NCBI GenBank assembly: GCA_046331685.1
Contig: JAXLQI010000003.1
Coordinates: forward strand, 102,960-166,959
DNA from: Candidatus Micrarchaeia archaeon
Lineage (GTDB): Archaea; Micrarchaeota; Micrarchaeia; Anstonellales; Bilamarchaeaceae
Direction: 5' to 3'
DNA length: 64,000 nt
In this document: in pieces, positions 28,014 to 39,300 of the stretch
Position numbering within the stretch: the first letter of the stretch is position 1
Layout of the letters: each line of letters starts with the position of its first letter
Made by a program: the position numbers and the translations under genes
Notes under the pieces: generated by a model
The model's database searches: none
What the model was told of the DNA's origin: nothing
What the model saw: only the letters and a program-made list of their open reading frames with translations

Positions 28014-28850
28014 ATGTGCGCCCAAAGGAGACATTCTGACTCCGCTGCCGAGCCGGTTGTCGTGCCCTTGCCACAGCCCGCGGTCCCCACGCGGGTCGTG
28101 GATACCGTCGGCGGGGTAGCGGAATTCCTCCGCGAGAGGGGGATCACGAAGCCTGGTCCGATGTCGCTGATCGACGCAACGCCGGAGCTCCTCCGCGTGA
28201 GGGCGAATTTCGCCGGGACTCCGGTGGCCGGGACGCTCACGCACCCGCCCCCGATAATCGTCCGGGTGCCGGACGCGACGATCGAGAGGTTCGTAGGGAA
28301 AGGCAATGAGGCCTGCCACATCCCATGGACCAATATCATCCTCGTCTCGGATTCCGCTCTCGCATCTCCCAGGCGCAGCGAGATCCTCGTCCACGAGATC
28401 ACGCACTACGCCGGATTCCGCGGCCATGACGGGAGTTCCGTATACCGCGGTCCGAATGGCCAGACCGCGCTCATGGGGATCCCGGTCTGGATGGAAGAGG
28501 GCCTTGTGAACGCCTTCTCTTCCCGTTCGGCTTCCGGCGTATCAGAGATAAGCTACCCCTACGAAACCCTCGCCGGCATCCTGCTCGAGAAGCTGCATTT
28601 CGATCCGCAGGTCATCAGGCTCGCATACATAACCGGGGATTTCAGGGCGTTCCAGGGCGTGGTGGACAGCCAGCTCGGATCAGGGACATTCGAAGGGATG
28701 CTCCGCTGCCAGAGCGGGGCCGAGGCGTTCTCATTCGTTTATTCTCGCGTCCAGGCCCAGCGTCCGGCTTTCTTCGACGAGAAAGGTTTCCGCGCCGACC
28801 CGGCCGTCCAGCGGGCGCTTTCGATGGTCGGCAACAACCTGCGGCTGTGA
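28014..28850 (+). CDS. Hypothetical protein with an HExxH zinc-metalloprotease-like motif
   Basis: VHEITHYAGF. 278 aa. It starts 5 nt after the second Lrp gene. Confidence 0.45.
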   Translation: MCAQRRHSDSAAEPVVVPLPQPAVPTRVVDTVGGVAEFLRERGITKPGPMSLIDATPELLRVRANFAGTPVAGTLTHPPPIIVRVPDATIERFVGKGNEACHIPWTNIILVSDSALASPRRSEILVHEITHYAGFRGHDGSSVYRGPNGQTALMGIPVWMEEGLVNAFSSRSASGVSEISYPYETLAGILLEKLHFDPQVIRLAYITGDFRAFQGVVDSQLGSGTFEGMLRCQSGAEAFSFVYSRVQAQRPAFFDEKGFRADPAVQRALSMVGNNLRL

Positions 28851-28887
28851 GCGCCTCTTTTTTAATCCGTCCACCCAAATCGTCTTC

Positions 28888-29418
28888 ATGGAACGAAAAG
28901 GCGCACCGCATGATGCCGAGAACGTCCTCGCGTTTCCGGCCCGGGCACCGCCACTCCGCGCACCTGCTGTCGGCGGGCTGTCGAAGATGATCAGCAGAGG
29001 CGTATGCCTCGGCCTTCTTGCCCGTATCGCCCCGATAGACAAGGAGCTGGAGGACATGCTCCGGATGCCTGAGAAGATGTACATGATCGAAAGGAGCGAT
29101 TGCTTCTCTTCCCAGTCGGACCGGGATATCTCAGGAGTGGTCATGCATCTCCAGTTCGGCCTTTCGATGCCCCTGGATTTCGCCGATTACGGCATCGACG
29201 TCAGCGGGAAGGGAAGCTCATCCTTCTGCACGTTCGTGGACCGGTCGAGGAAGGTGATCGTCTCGATGCCCCTGCAGACTCTCTATGGCGGCGAGGCGTC
29301 TTGGGACGACTTCAAGGACGGTTTGCGGCATGCCCTCTCCGCAGCGAAGGCCAAGGAGGGCAGCGGGGAGAGGTTCGACTTCGTTCTCTTCAAGGACAGC
29401 CTCATCAGCACCATCTGA
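28888..29418 (+). CDS. Hypothetical protein
   Basis: 176-aa ORF in the same orientation as the Lrp/HExxH cluster. No motif recognised. Confidence 0.35.
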   Translation: MERKGAPHDAENVLAFPARAPPLRAPAVGGLSKMISRGVCLGLLARIAPIDKELEDMLRMPEKMYMIERSDCFSSQSDRDISGVVMHLQFGLSMPLDFADYGIDVSGKGSSSFCTFVDRSRKVIVSMPLQTLYGGEASWDDFKDGLRHALSAAKAKEGSGERFDFVLFKDSLISTI

Positions 29419-29462
29419 CCCCTCCGGGATAAGGTTATATACCGGACCTGAGAATCGGGTTT

Positions 29463-29957
29463 ATGGCACTGAGGAAAATCCCTGGCGGAAGGGCCACGGC
29501 TGCAGTCTCCGCCGATCCCGATGTCAAAGCGGTCCCGCGTGATTCTGTCGTCGCCCAGCTGCGTGACCTCGCCTCGGGATGGAAGCAGGGCTACGAGAAG
29601 ACGCTCAACATGCCCGGCCAGCTCTACTCTTTCCAGGAAGGGACCCTTCTCGCCTTCTCGTCTGATGAGCGGATGCGCGCGCTCGATTTCCTCCCCTCCA
29701 TGCGATCCGGTGGCGCTCCTCCCGGCGGGATCGACGCTTACGGCCTCATCGTCTATGAGACATCCAGTTCGGCCTACTTCCTCCTCGTGGACACCGGACG
29801 GGGGATATTGGTCAAAGGGCAGATAGCGAGCTTCCATTCCGGCGAGAAGGAGGATTGGGGCCGTTTCATGGGCTCCGTGGAAAAAGCGCTGGGGCTCGCG
29901 AGGCCCGGTAAAATCGCGGTCGTGGATACGGTCCTCGGCATCAGCGAGACGTACTGA
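29463..29957 (+). CDS. Hypothetical protein
   Basis: 164 aa with protein-like composition. Its stop abuts the stop of the convergent 120-aa gene. Confidence 0.4.
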   Translation: MALRKIPGGRATAAVSADPDVKAVPRDSVVAQLRDLASGWKQGYEKTLNMPGQLYSFQEGTLLAFSSDERMRALDFLPSMRSGGAPPGGIDAYGLIVYETSSSAYFLLVDTGRGILVKGQIASFHSGEKEDWGRFMGSVEKALGLARPGKIAVVDTVLGISETY

Positions 29958-30320
29958 TCAGACCGCCTTTTCCATGACCTCGCGGATCACTTTTGCGACA
30001 GGGGACTTCTCATCCGCGTTGTGCAGGCTGATCTTTATAGGCTGTCCGGCCTTGTTCTGGTACGTGACATCGACCCTGAAAGAGTCGGAGTTTATGCTCC
30101 ACACCCTCGTGTCATCGCCTTTCAGGAAAGCCATATGTGAAACGGTATATTTTTTTGAAAGCTCGGCATAGAGCGTCTCAGCCACCCTTTGGGCCAGGCC
30201 CGCCCTCTCCTGCGCGCTGCCTGCCTTGTCGCCGAGGCGGCTCTCCGCCATTATCTTCAGCGACAATGGTTTCGCTTCATGCTCTTTCCCTTGCGCGCCT
30301 TTCCTTCGGAATGTGCTCAT
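29958..30320 (-). CDS. Hypothetical 120-aa protein, last gene of the giant-gene operon
   Basis: It starts 27 nt downstream of the giant ORF stop. A GGTGA Shine-Dalgarno-like element lies 4-8 nt upstream of its ATG. Confidence 0.5.
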   Translation of the reverse strand: MSTFRRKGAQGKEHEAKPLSLKIMAESRLGDKAGSAQERAGLAQRVAETLYAELSKKYTVSHMAFLKGDDTRVWSINSDSFRVDVTYQNKAGQPIKISLHNADEKSPVAKVIREVMEKAV

Positions 30321-30347
30321 AGATTCACCCGCCTCATTGGATATCCC

Positions 30348-33300
30348 CTACGGTTTCCTTAAAGCCCGCTCTTTCAGCAGGAGCATGTAAACGAACGAAT
30401 TGAAAACCGATAATGGATCATGCGTCTCGACATTATAGTAATCCTTCGCCCCTTTGATGAACGACCTCTGGTCGCCGCAGGTTTCGATCATATCCACATC
30501 ATCCCCGGCGACCCCCACGTGGGGCAGGTACTCGTAACCCGGCGCCACCCAGTAATAAGAGATATCGACATTCACCCGCTTGCCGTATTTCACCTCCAGC
30601 AGGGCCTTTGTGAATGGCAGGAGGGTCTTGTAGCCGGTATCGACGAGGACTCCGTCGAAGACCTTCTTCTTCGACGGGTCGGTTATCCCGCTCTTGGCAA
30701 GATAACTGAGCAGTTTTTCGCAATTCGCTTTGAACTGCGGATCCATATGCATCGCGCTCTTGATCTGCAGCCGGAGGCTGTTCATGAAATGCCCGAACAG
30801 GTCGGTCTGCATGCTTGCCACCGTAGCCGTCTTAGGGTCAGCAGAAGCCTTGAATACCGAATAGGCATACTGGTTGGCCTTGAAGACCATATCCGAGATG
30901 TTATGCGCATCGTTCTCGAAGAAATCCTTGCCGAGGGAGGTCCTGGTTATCAGCGCGCCCTTGGGCATCTTATGCCCTTTCCTGCTCGCTATCGTCCCGT
31001 CGACCACCATGAACGCGGCTCCATCCCTCCAGAGGTATACCCTGGACTTGTCCGGATAATGGCTGACGATCGCATCTGTGGACAGGAAGACCCTCTCCAC
31101 CACATGCTCGAGGGGACTCACTCCGAATCCTTCAGTGATGGGTATCTGCTTGTCTATGGCTACGCTCTCGACGCCGAATATCCCGGCGTTCTTGTTGATT
31201 ATGAGCTGGAGCTGGGCCTTCGAGAGCTTCTTGGCCGTGTGTTTCGTCGCGAAATCCATCAGGGCTTTTTCGAGTTCGGCCATCTTCTTGACATCCTTGA
31301 ATGAATGCCCGATCGTGAGCAGGTCCTCGGGTACCGACGATTCCAGATCCGCCCTGAAGCTGTCGATGCTCTTGAACCTGCTTTGGGCCTTGAACTCGCT
31401 CTCGACTAATCTGCTATATGCTACATCCGGCGATTCTTTTTCAACGGGTTTGGGGGCAGGGAGCTTCGGTTTCATCCCTGATCTGCTCAGGCGGAGATGC
31501 TCTGTAGCGATCTCGATGGTCGTCCAATCCGGATGCTGGTCCTTTATTATCAGCATCTCGAAATAATCCGAGCTCACGACCATGAAACCCGTGATCGCTG
31601 CTTTCCCCAGCTTGTCGAATTCCTCGGCGAGCCCCTTCACCCGGGCCGCGTCTTCGATTGCATGCCGCTTTATCTCTAGCTCCCGCTCATAATAGATGAC
31701 CCTCGACTGGCGCAGGGTCTCTTCCTTGACCGCGTTCCCGCCGTGATCGAGCTTTTCGGCGATTTTCTTCACCGCATCGCGATATTCGGGATAGTCCTTG
31801 GTCACTTCCGCCAGGGTGAACCCTGCCTTCAGATTCTCGACGAAATGCTCGAGGGTTCCGGCGATCTTCCCGACCCTATCCTTGGTCATACCGCCGCCGA
31901 CAAGATCCTCAATGCCCTCAAGCATCCTGACCCTCGGGCTTTTCCTCGCAGGTATGCCCACCCTCTCGGATTTGTCGCCGACCGTGATGTCGAATTCGAA
32001 CGCATCGATTTTCTCAGACATACTAGTCATGATCTTCGATTTCCCGGCGAATACCATGCCAGGTGGCAGGACTGTATCAGGCGCCGCAAGCAACTCATCA
32101 GCGTACGCTGAAGGTTCTGTGATCAGTTCTGATTCTTTGACCGCCATAGGGGTCTTGGAGATCTCTTTCGGACCGGCGCTCTTCTCCTTCGGCGGCACGA
32201 CCGGCGTGATCAGATCCTCTTCCGTGACAACCATGGGCGTCTCTGAGATCTCCTTTGGTTTGAAGCCTTTTCCGGTCGCAGCTGGTTCTGGCCCTTCCCC
32301 CCCGGGTGGCGGGGGCAGTGCGGCCGGCTCGGCAATCTTGGGCGCCGGAAGTTTCCCGGTCTTGGCCGCTCCTCCCTTCCCTGCGACAGTCCCTTCGGCC
32401 GGCCCGTATCTCAATTCTTCCCAACGCTCGTTGATGAAGTCGTTCAGGCCGCTGACCGGCCTTTTCTTGCCTAGGTACCAGATGATGTCCAGGTGCAGCT
32501 GCCTGACAAGGTCCCGTGTCCCGGGAATGACCTTCCCAGGCAGGCGTATGACGACGAAATGCTCCTCTTTTTGGGTTTTGGTCGCGTCCTCATTCGCTTC
32601 CTTGGGGCTGACGTCCCCGGTGTGCGTTTTCAGGTACTCGTGAATGGGGATAACCCGATCATAAGCTACCACGACCCCCTCGTTTTTCTGTATCCCTGCC
32701 GGAATCTTGACGTGGATGTCATACTCTCCGATCTCCTTCATGCTTTTCGCTCCAAAAGGCATATCATAGCTCATGACGCCATCAGTGCCTACATGGATTC
32801 CACGGGGGTCGTTTGTGGTGAGCCTGTCGAAATATCTGATGCCCTCTGCCGTCTCGGCATACCCCTGGAAATCGAAAGTCTTTGCAAGGCCTTTTTCCGA
32901 CTTTATCGCGAAAAGCTGATCGTATTCTTCGCCCGAAAGGAGCGGCAGGCCGTTATGCATGCGGCCTTTCCAGCCTCCTGCTTTTACCAATGCTTCTGCC
33001 GGCGTCTCCTCGGGAGCCATCTTCGGGGGTGCCGCAGGCTCGGTTTTTTCGAATCCCGTTGGAATGGGTGCTTTCTTTGCCAGCTCTTCCACGGACGCTG
33101 ATTCAGGCACCGGAACAGGAGGCGCTTTCTTGGCCGGAGCGGTCTTCTCCACCACCTCTTCGGGGGGAGGAGCGGGTTTCTTCGCCAGCGGCGTCTTGGC
33201 CTCTTCAGCTGGAACGGGCGGCTCTACAGCGAGCGCCTTTTTCTTCCCTAATGCAGGGGTGGCCTCAGGCTGCTTCTTCGGCGGTTTGGCCGTGAACTCC

Positions 33301-36300
33301 TCGGCGCCTGCGGCAAGGGGCAGTCCGGCCGGAGTCGCCACCTTCTTCGCCATAACCGGCGTCTTATCCTCTTCGGTGCCGATCGGTGTTTTCGCCGTTT
33401 CTTTTATCCTGCGCTCGACGGCGCCCTTCAGCCCCTCGACGTATTCAGCCTGGTCACGGCGTGCTGCATCCATCAGCGCCAGTATCTCGTCGCCGTAGAG
33501 ATGGACCCGTCCATCGACCCTCTCGACGGTCCGGACCCTGCCCCCGTGGATGAACAGGGAGCCCACTTTCGGGGCATTCGGGCTTGTCGTGTCGAAGCCG
33601 AGCCCGAAGGGCTTCCCTTCGTGGGCTTCGACGATCGGTTTCACAGGGCTCTTCAGGTCGGACGGGGCGAGCTTGTCGGCTTTGAGGTCCAGCCCGGCTT
33701 TCTCTCCTAGCAGCTCTGCCATCATGGCTTTCGCGGCCGGGACCTCACCTTGGAACAGGTCCTTCCCGTTCCCCATCTTGATGGACGCCGCCTTGTCGAG
33801 CGCAGAGGCCATGTCGATGAGCATGCCGCTCGTTGCATCAGCGAAATCCCTGTTGAAGTCGGTGAAATCCGGTTTCCCTTCCTTGGATCCGATCCTGGCC
33901 CCTATGCCGTCCATGTCTATCGGCTGGAACGTCAGCTCTACCTCGCCGCTTGCGCGCCGCACCAGCATCACTGTGGTGTTCCGGTCGAAACGGTCCATCA
34001 GCAGGATCCTTCTCGAAAGCTCGTGATACGTGTTCCAGGCCTTGAATATCTTCTCCCTGCCCTCTTTCGTCTGGGCTAGCTTGTAGAACATCGCCGCTGC
34101 GGCGTTGTCGGCGTCAGGCTTCTTCAGGACCTCATCCCTGAACATGGCAACCCCCAGGACTGTCACGTTCTCCGTCTTCCCGTCCGATGGCAGGCTCGCC
34201 ATGACCTTCTTGCCTTCGTAGGCTTTCACCAGGGATCCGTCCGGCAAGGTTATCGTGGTTTCGGAGTGCCCTGTTTTCGGGGATGCCAGGTCATGTATGT
34301 CCAGCGATATCCCGTAGTCCTGCATCAGCGGTTTTCCGTCGACCATCAACCCTGTGTCGTATGCATACCCGTGCAGGGTCTCGGGCGGGACGAGGCCTTT
34401 GGAAGCTGCCAGTTCCTCCCCGAATTTGACCGGGAGCATATCCTCGGGCTTCACGAATATGCTCCGCCCGTCCGACATCTTCACCTTGAAGATGCCCCTC
34501 AACCCGCTCAGGGGCTCGACGCTGCTTATCTTCTTGCCGCCGAATCCCGGGATCGCCGCGATCCTCGCAGGCAATCCGCCCCTCACGATCAGATCCAGGA
34601 ATACCTTGACCTTGGAGTCATATTCGAATGTCTCGCTCTCGAGCCGTATCCTGTGGGGCCCGACCTTGTCCGCCAATTCGGCTTTTTTCGGGTCCCCGTC
34701 CGCCATCCCCGCGACCTGGCCCTCCGTGTGCTCGACCCATCTCTTCAGCTCGATGATGCCGTCCCGGTCTTTCCTGAAAGACGAGATGTCGATCCCGAAA
34801 GCGTCAAGGACATTCAGCCTTCCTTCCGATCCGCCCTCACCGTAGATCTCTTTCATCAGGGCCGGGTCCTGGCCGTTCTTCTTTGTATAGGCGGCGATCG
34901 CTCCGAATTCCTCCCCGGGAGGCAGGGCGGCCTTAGCCTCATCGATTTTTTTCAGGTGCCCCAGCTCTTTCGCGCCCCTGAACCATTCCATCGCCATGCG
35001 AAGCTTCATCATGGGATTGTTTTCCAGGATCATGTGGTCCAGCTTCCAGGCCAGGTACGGATCGGTCGCCCTTATGCTGTCGATGATGAACTTTCCTGAG
35101 GGTTTTGTGAATATGCTACCGCTGAATTCGGCTAGGCCCTCGGCCGTCCCCCCTGCTAGGAGGTGCGAATACGCTTTTCCTATGGACGTGCTGACGCTCT
35201 CTCCAGGCGCAGCTTTGAGCAGGAAATCCGCGATGACGGCCCGGGTGACCGGGTCGGCAGATTCGAAGACGTTTTTCACCAGGCCGTTCTTCCTGATGGC
35301 TTCGACCGAGGACGATCTCGGATCGCCGGTCTTGGCCCATTCTGCGAGCCTGGCCTCGGCTTCGCTCATCGATATGTCGCCGCGCATCCTGAGCGAGCCC
35401 TCGGCCACCTTGAGGAGGTCTGTGAGCTTCGGGCTTCCGCTTTCTATCTCGAGCCTCGCCGCCGCGATCCCGTCGCTGTCCACCCCCTCTATGTTCTTCT
35501 TGTATTCCGAGATCTTCTCCATGGCCGGCGGGGGTTCCTTCGGTTTCGGGACAGCCTTGGACGAGATGCCCTCCGCCTCTGTCCAGGATGCAGGGTCAGT
35601 CCTGCCCTCGAGCTTCTTCGCGGCTTTCCGCAGGGCCACTATGTCGGACTCCACGGCATCCGCTTCGGCATGCTTGCCTTCAGCGCGGAGTATCGACGCT
35701 TGGTCGGTGAGCTTGTTCGATCTCTCGAATAGCATCTCCGAAGGCGTCTTAGGTTTGGCAGACGGGACGGGTTCGGGGTATTTCGCGGCAGGGCTAGGCT
35801 CCTTCATCGGCGCCGGTTCGATCGGTTTCGCGGTGCCAGGTTCCACACCGCCTGGTTTGATCCCGCTTTTGAGCGTCGGTTCTATTGCCACAGGTGCTGC
35901 GACCGGGGCGGTTTCCATCCCAGGTATGGTCGCGGCCATCTCCATCCTGATGCTGTCCCAGGTCTTCGCTGCGAACCCTCCCGGGTCCTCCGAGTTTGTC
36001 TTGTAGAGCTCTTTGAACACCGTGGCAGCATCGGCGGTCAGGATCGTCCTGCCGTCCGTGTCCATCGGCACGTTCTTCTTCCCGTTGATGAAATTCTTCC
36101 CTTCGATCCTGAACATCTCATCGACATCGTGGAGCTCTGCCGCGGCCTCGGCCGGGGCTTCCTCTCCCTTCAGGAACGCCTCCCTCCTTTTAGCGAGGGC
36201 TGCCTTCTGCCCCATGGTGAGCTTTGCGTTGAGGCCTATGCCTATCGGGGTCCCGGCATTGGAAGTGAGGGCCTTCTCCACCCCGTCAACGAATCCAGGT

Positions 36301-39300
36301 GATTTTCCTATCTCCTCATGCCAGGCTTTCGCGCCTTCCTTGATGCTCGAAAAGGATTCTGTGAAAAGCGTCTTATACGTCTTACCGGACGGCCCAAGGT
36401 CGGTCAGCTGCATCTGGAGCAGCACATCCATCGTGCCCCTCAATTCGGTCCCGTACGATTCGTGGAGTTCCCCGAAATCCAGCTTCCCCCCGCTTTCTTT
36501 GGCCAGGAACGCCGCGCCGGAATCCGTGTCTATCCTGCCGAACCTGAGGACCATCGCCCCCTTCTCATCGGATACCACCAGGTGCCCGAGTTTCTCCAGG
36601 TGGGCGGCATCCTCTTTGGAGACCCTTCTGGTCATCGCCCATATGTTCCCGTGGTGGCCGTCTGAGAAGCCGACGCTCATGAGGCCGGTCTGGGTGTATC
36701 CGTACTCCTTCATGACCAGTTTCCAGAACAGCTCGGGATTCTCGGCCCTCATCTTCTTCAGGGCAGGATTCGCTTCGACGAACTTGGAGAACTGCTCGAT
36801 CGCCATGGCCGACTCGGTCTTCTCGTGGATGATCTTCCCGCCGGCCTTGGCGTCGCCCTCATGGTATCCCATGTGCTGCATGATCCCGAATCTGGCCCTG
36901 CGCCCTCGGTCGAACAAAGACAGCTCTTTGCCGCCGTGGCCGGTTATCACTTCCGGGGCCGCGATCCCCGCATGTTTTTCCGCAAGCGTCGAGCCCAGCT
37001 TTTCTGCCGAGAGATCCTGCGCCTTCGCTATGAACGCGACTTTCTCCTTCCCCGGCGTCTCGACTGTGATCTCGAAGGCTCCCTGGGCGGCGAATATGAA
37101 CCTGACTTTCTTGACCTTGCTTCCTGCCGGGATCTTCTGGTTCGCGAAAGTTATCTCGCCTTTTCCTATCATGGAGGCGAGATCGCTGGTCAGCAGCCCG
37201 ATGGCTCGCGTCGTCGCGCTTCCTGCCTCCAGCTCTATCCCGGCGCCATGAAGCGCGTCGCTGATTTTGTTTGTAAGCTCCCAGACGTCCTCATTCTCCA
37301 GCGCTGCCTTTTCGATTTTGGCCTTGAGCTCCGGAGCCTTTGACGGTTCAGGAGCTAGCTTGGACAATGCTTCGGAGTTCGCGATGGCACTGAGACGTAG
37401 ACCGATATCATATTTCCCTTTCTTCTCAAGAGCGTCAAGGGCCTTTGCCAGGTTCTCAGGCTTCCCGATCCCTTTCTTCAGGAGGGCTCCGGCGAGGTAA
37501 TCCTCATCTGCCGGTTCCCGTCCCTCGCTCTCGGCTCGTCCTTTCGCGAACTCGGATGCCGCGATATCCACCGGATTCTTCGAAGCTTTGAGTTTGAGGC
37601 TTATCGCCTCTTTTGTCATCTCCCCGATTAATTCGAATGCGGCTTTCTCCAATGGCGCTCCCTGTTTCGCCGCTTCCTCTTTGATGGCCGCTGTGAACTG
37701 TTCATCAAGTTCCGTCGCAGGCGGTTTGTTCCCTTTCGCCATCTCTGCATACGCCTTGGCGGCAGCCTTCTGGCCTTCCACTGCCTTAGCGGCGGTTTCG
37801 GGGCTTACACCTTCGCCCACAAGCTTTTCGATCGCATTCTTCCCGACCTCGTCGAGCGCTTTCTCTCCTGTCGATAAGACCGGTTTCGCTTCGATAGTCT
37901 GTTTCACCGGCTCTATCTTCGGCCCGCCTGACTTCACATCCCTTGCCGCTTCCATCCCGAGCTCGTAGGAAAGATCAGCAGGCGAAAGTTCGGAAGCCTT
38001 GATGACTTTGAAGAATTCCGCCTTGCCTGAGAATTCGGGCGGGACCTTCCCGCTCTTCGAATACTCATTGTAGGCATCGGTGAGCGATTTCGTCCTTGCT
38101 TCGGTTTCGGAAGGTGCGATTTTTTCCACCGCTTCAGGCTTTGGCGCTTCCGCAACTGCTGCCTCGGGTTTGGTCACCCCACCGGCTTTCTTCTTCGCGA
38201 GCGCTTCTTTGAGCTTCGACAGCGCCTCCCCCTTCACGAATGTCTTCGCAGGGGATTTCGCCTCGCTGAAAGCCGCCTCCGGGGACTTCCCCTTCGAACG
38301 CGCTTCGGTGTATCTGATGACGAAGTCAGGTGATGGGGCGGTCGCCTCCTTGAAAGCCTCGGCCGGCCCCTTTCCTTCGTTGCGGGCTGACGAATAAAGG
38401 AGGTGAGGCATCTCGCCTGCGGTCATCATCTTGCTCAGGTGGCCTGCCTCCAGGTCGAGCATCAGCTTCTTGCTCTCGGGAGGGAGACCCTCTGCCGCTT
38501 TGCTCATCTCCGAGATCCCAGCCCTGACCTCGATGGGGTTCTTGCCGGACATTACCTTGGCGTAGGATTCACCGGCGCCGCCCATGCTCTTGCGGAACCC
38601 TGCCAGTTCCTTTGCAGCCGCGTGCTCCTCCACGGACATGAACTCGCTCCGGAATCCGAACAGGATCTGCGTGAACTGCGAAGCGCGGGAGCTGTATTTC
38701 GGCACCCCTCCCTCATGGACCGAGAGGGCCATCCTCTTCGACACGCGCGCCTGCGCCCAAGGAAGAAGGACGGAGGTCGAGGCCCCGCTCATTCCGGTGA
38801 AGACAAGCCCCTGCCAGCCCATCTCGCCTTTCTTGTAAGCATCGTAGATCTTGGGCGCCTGGAATACCAGGAATTCGCCGGCCCCTCCGTAGAACATCGA
38901 TTTCTCAAGTCCCCACGTTGCGCCTTTGTAAGCGTAATACCCAGCTTTGGCTAACCCGCCCGCGGGGGCTTCCGCCGCGGCAAGGAAAGTCAGCCCCTTC
39001 AGCGCTGCTATCCGGTGCCCAATCGGCACGACCGCCCCGACAGCGCTCAGGCCCGCCCTGATATATAATTCGGTGCTCCATTTCCCTGATCTCTCGGCCT
39101 CCTCATAGGCTTCGGCCACGCCCTTGACGCCGGTGACGACGAAATACGCCCCTCCGGTCGCAGCTCCGAGGATCATATCGCCTGCGAACGTCCCTGCAGC
39201 CTTCCCGAAAGCGTAGCGGGCGCCGATGTCGCCCATTTCGCTCTTCAGTCCCTTGGTCTTCGCGTCAGAATCGGATATCTCTCCCTTGTCGGTGAAAGAG

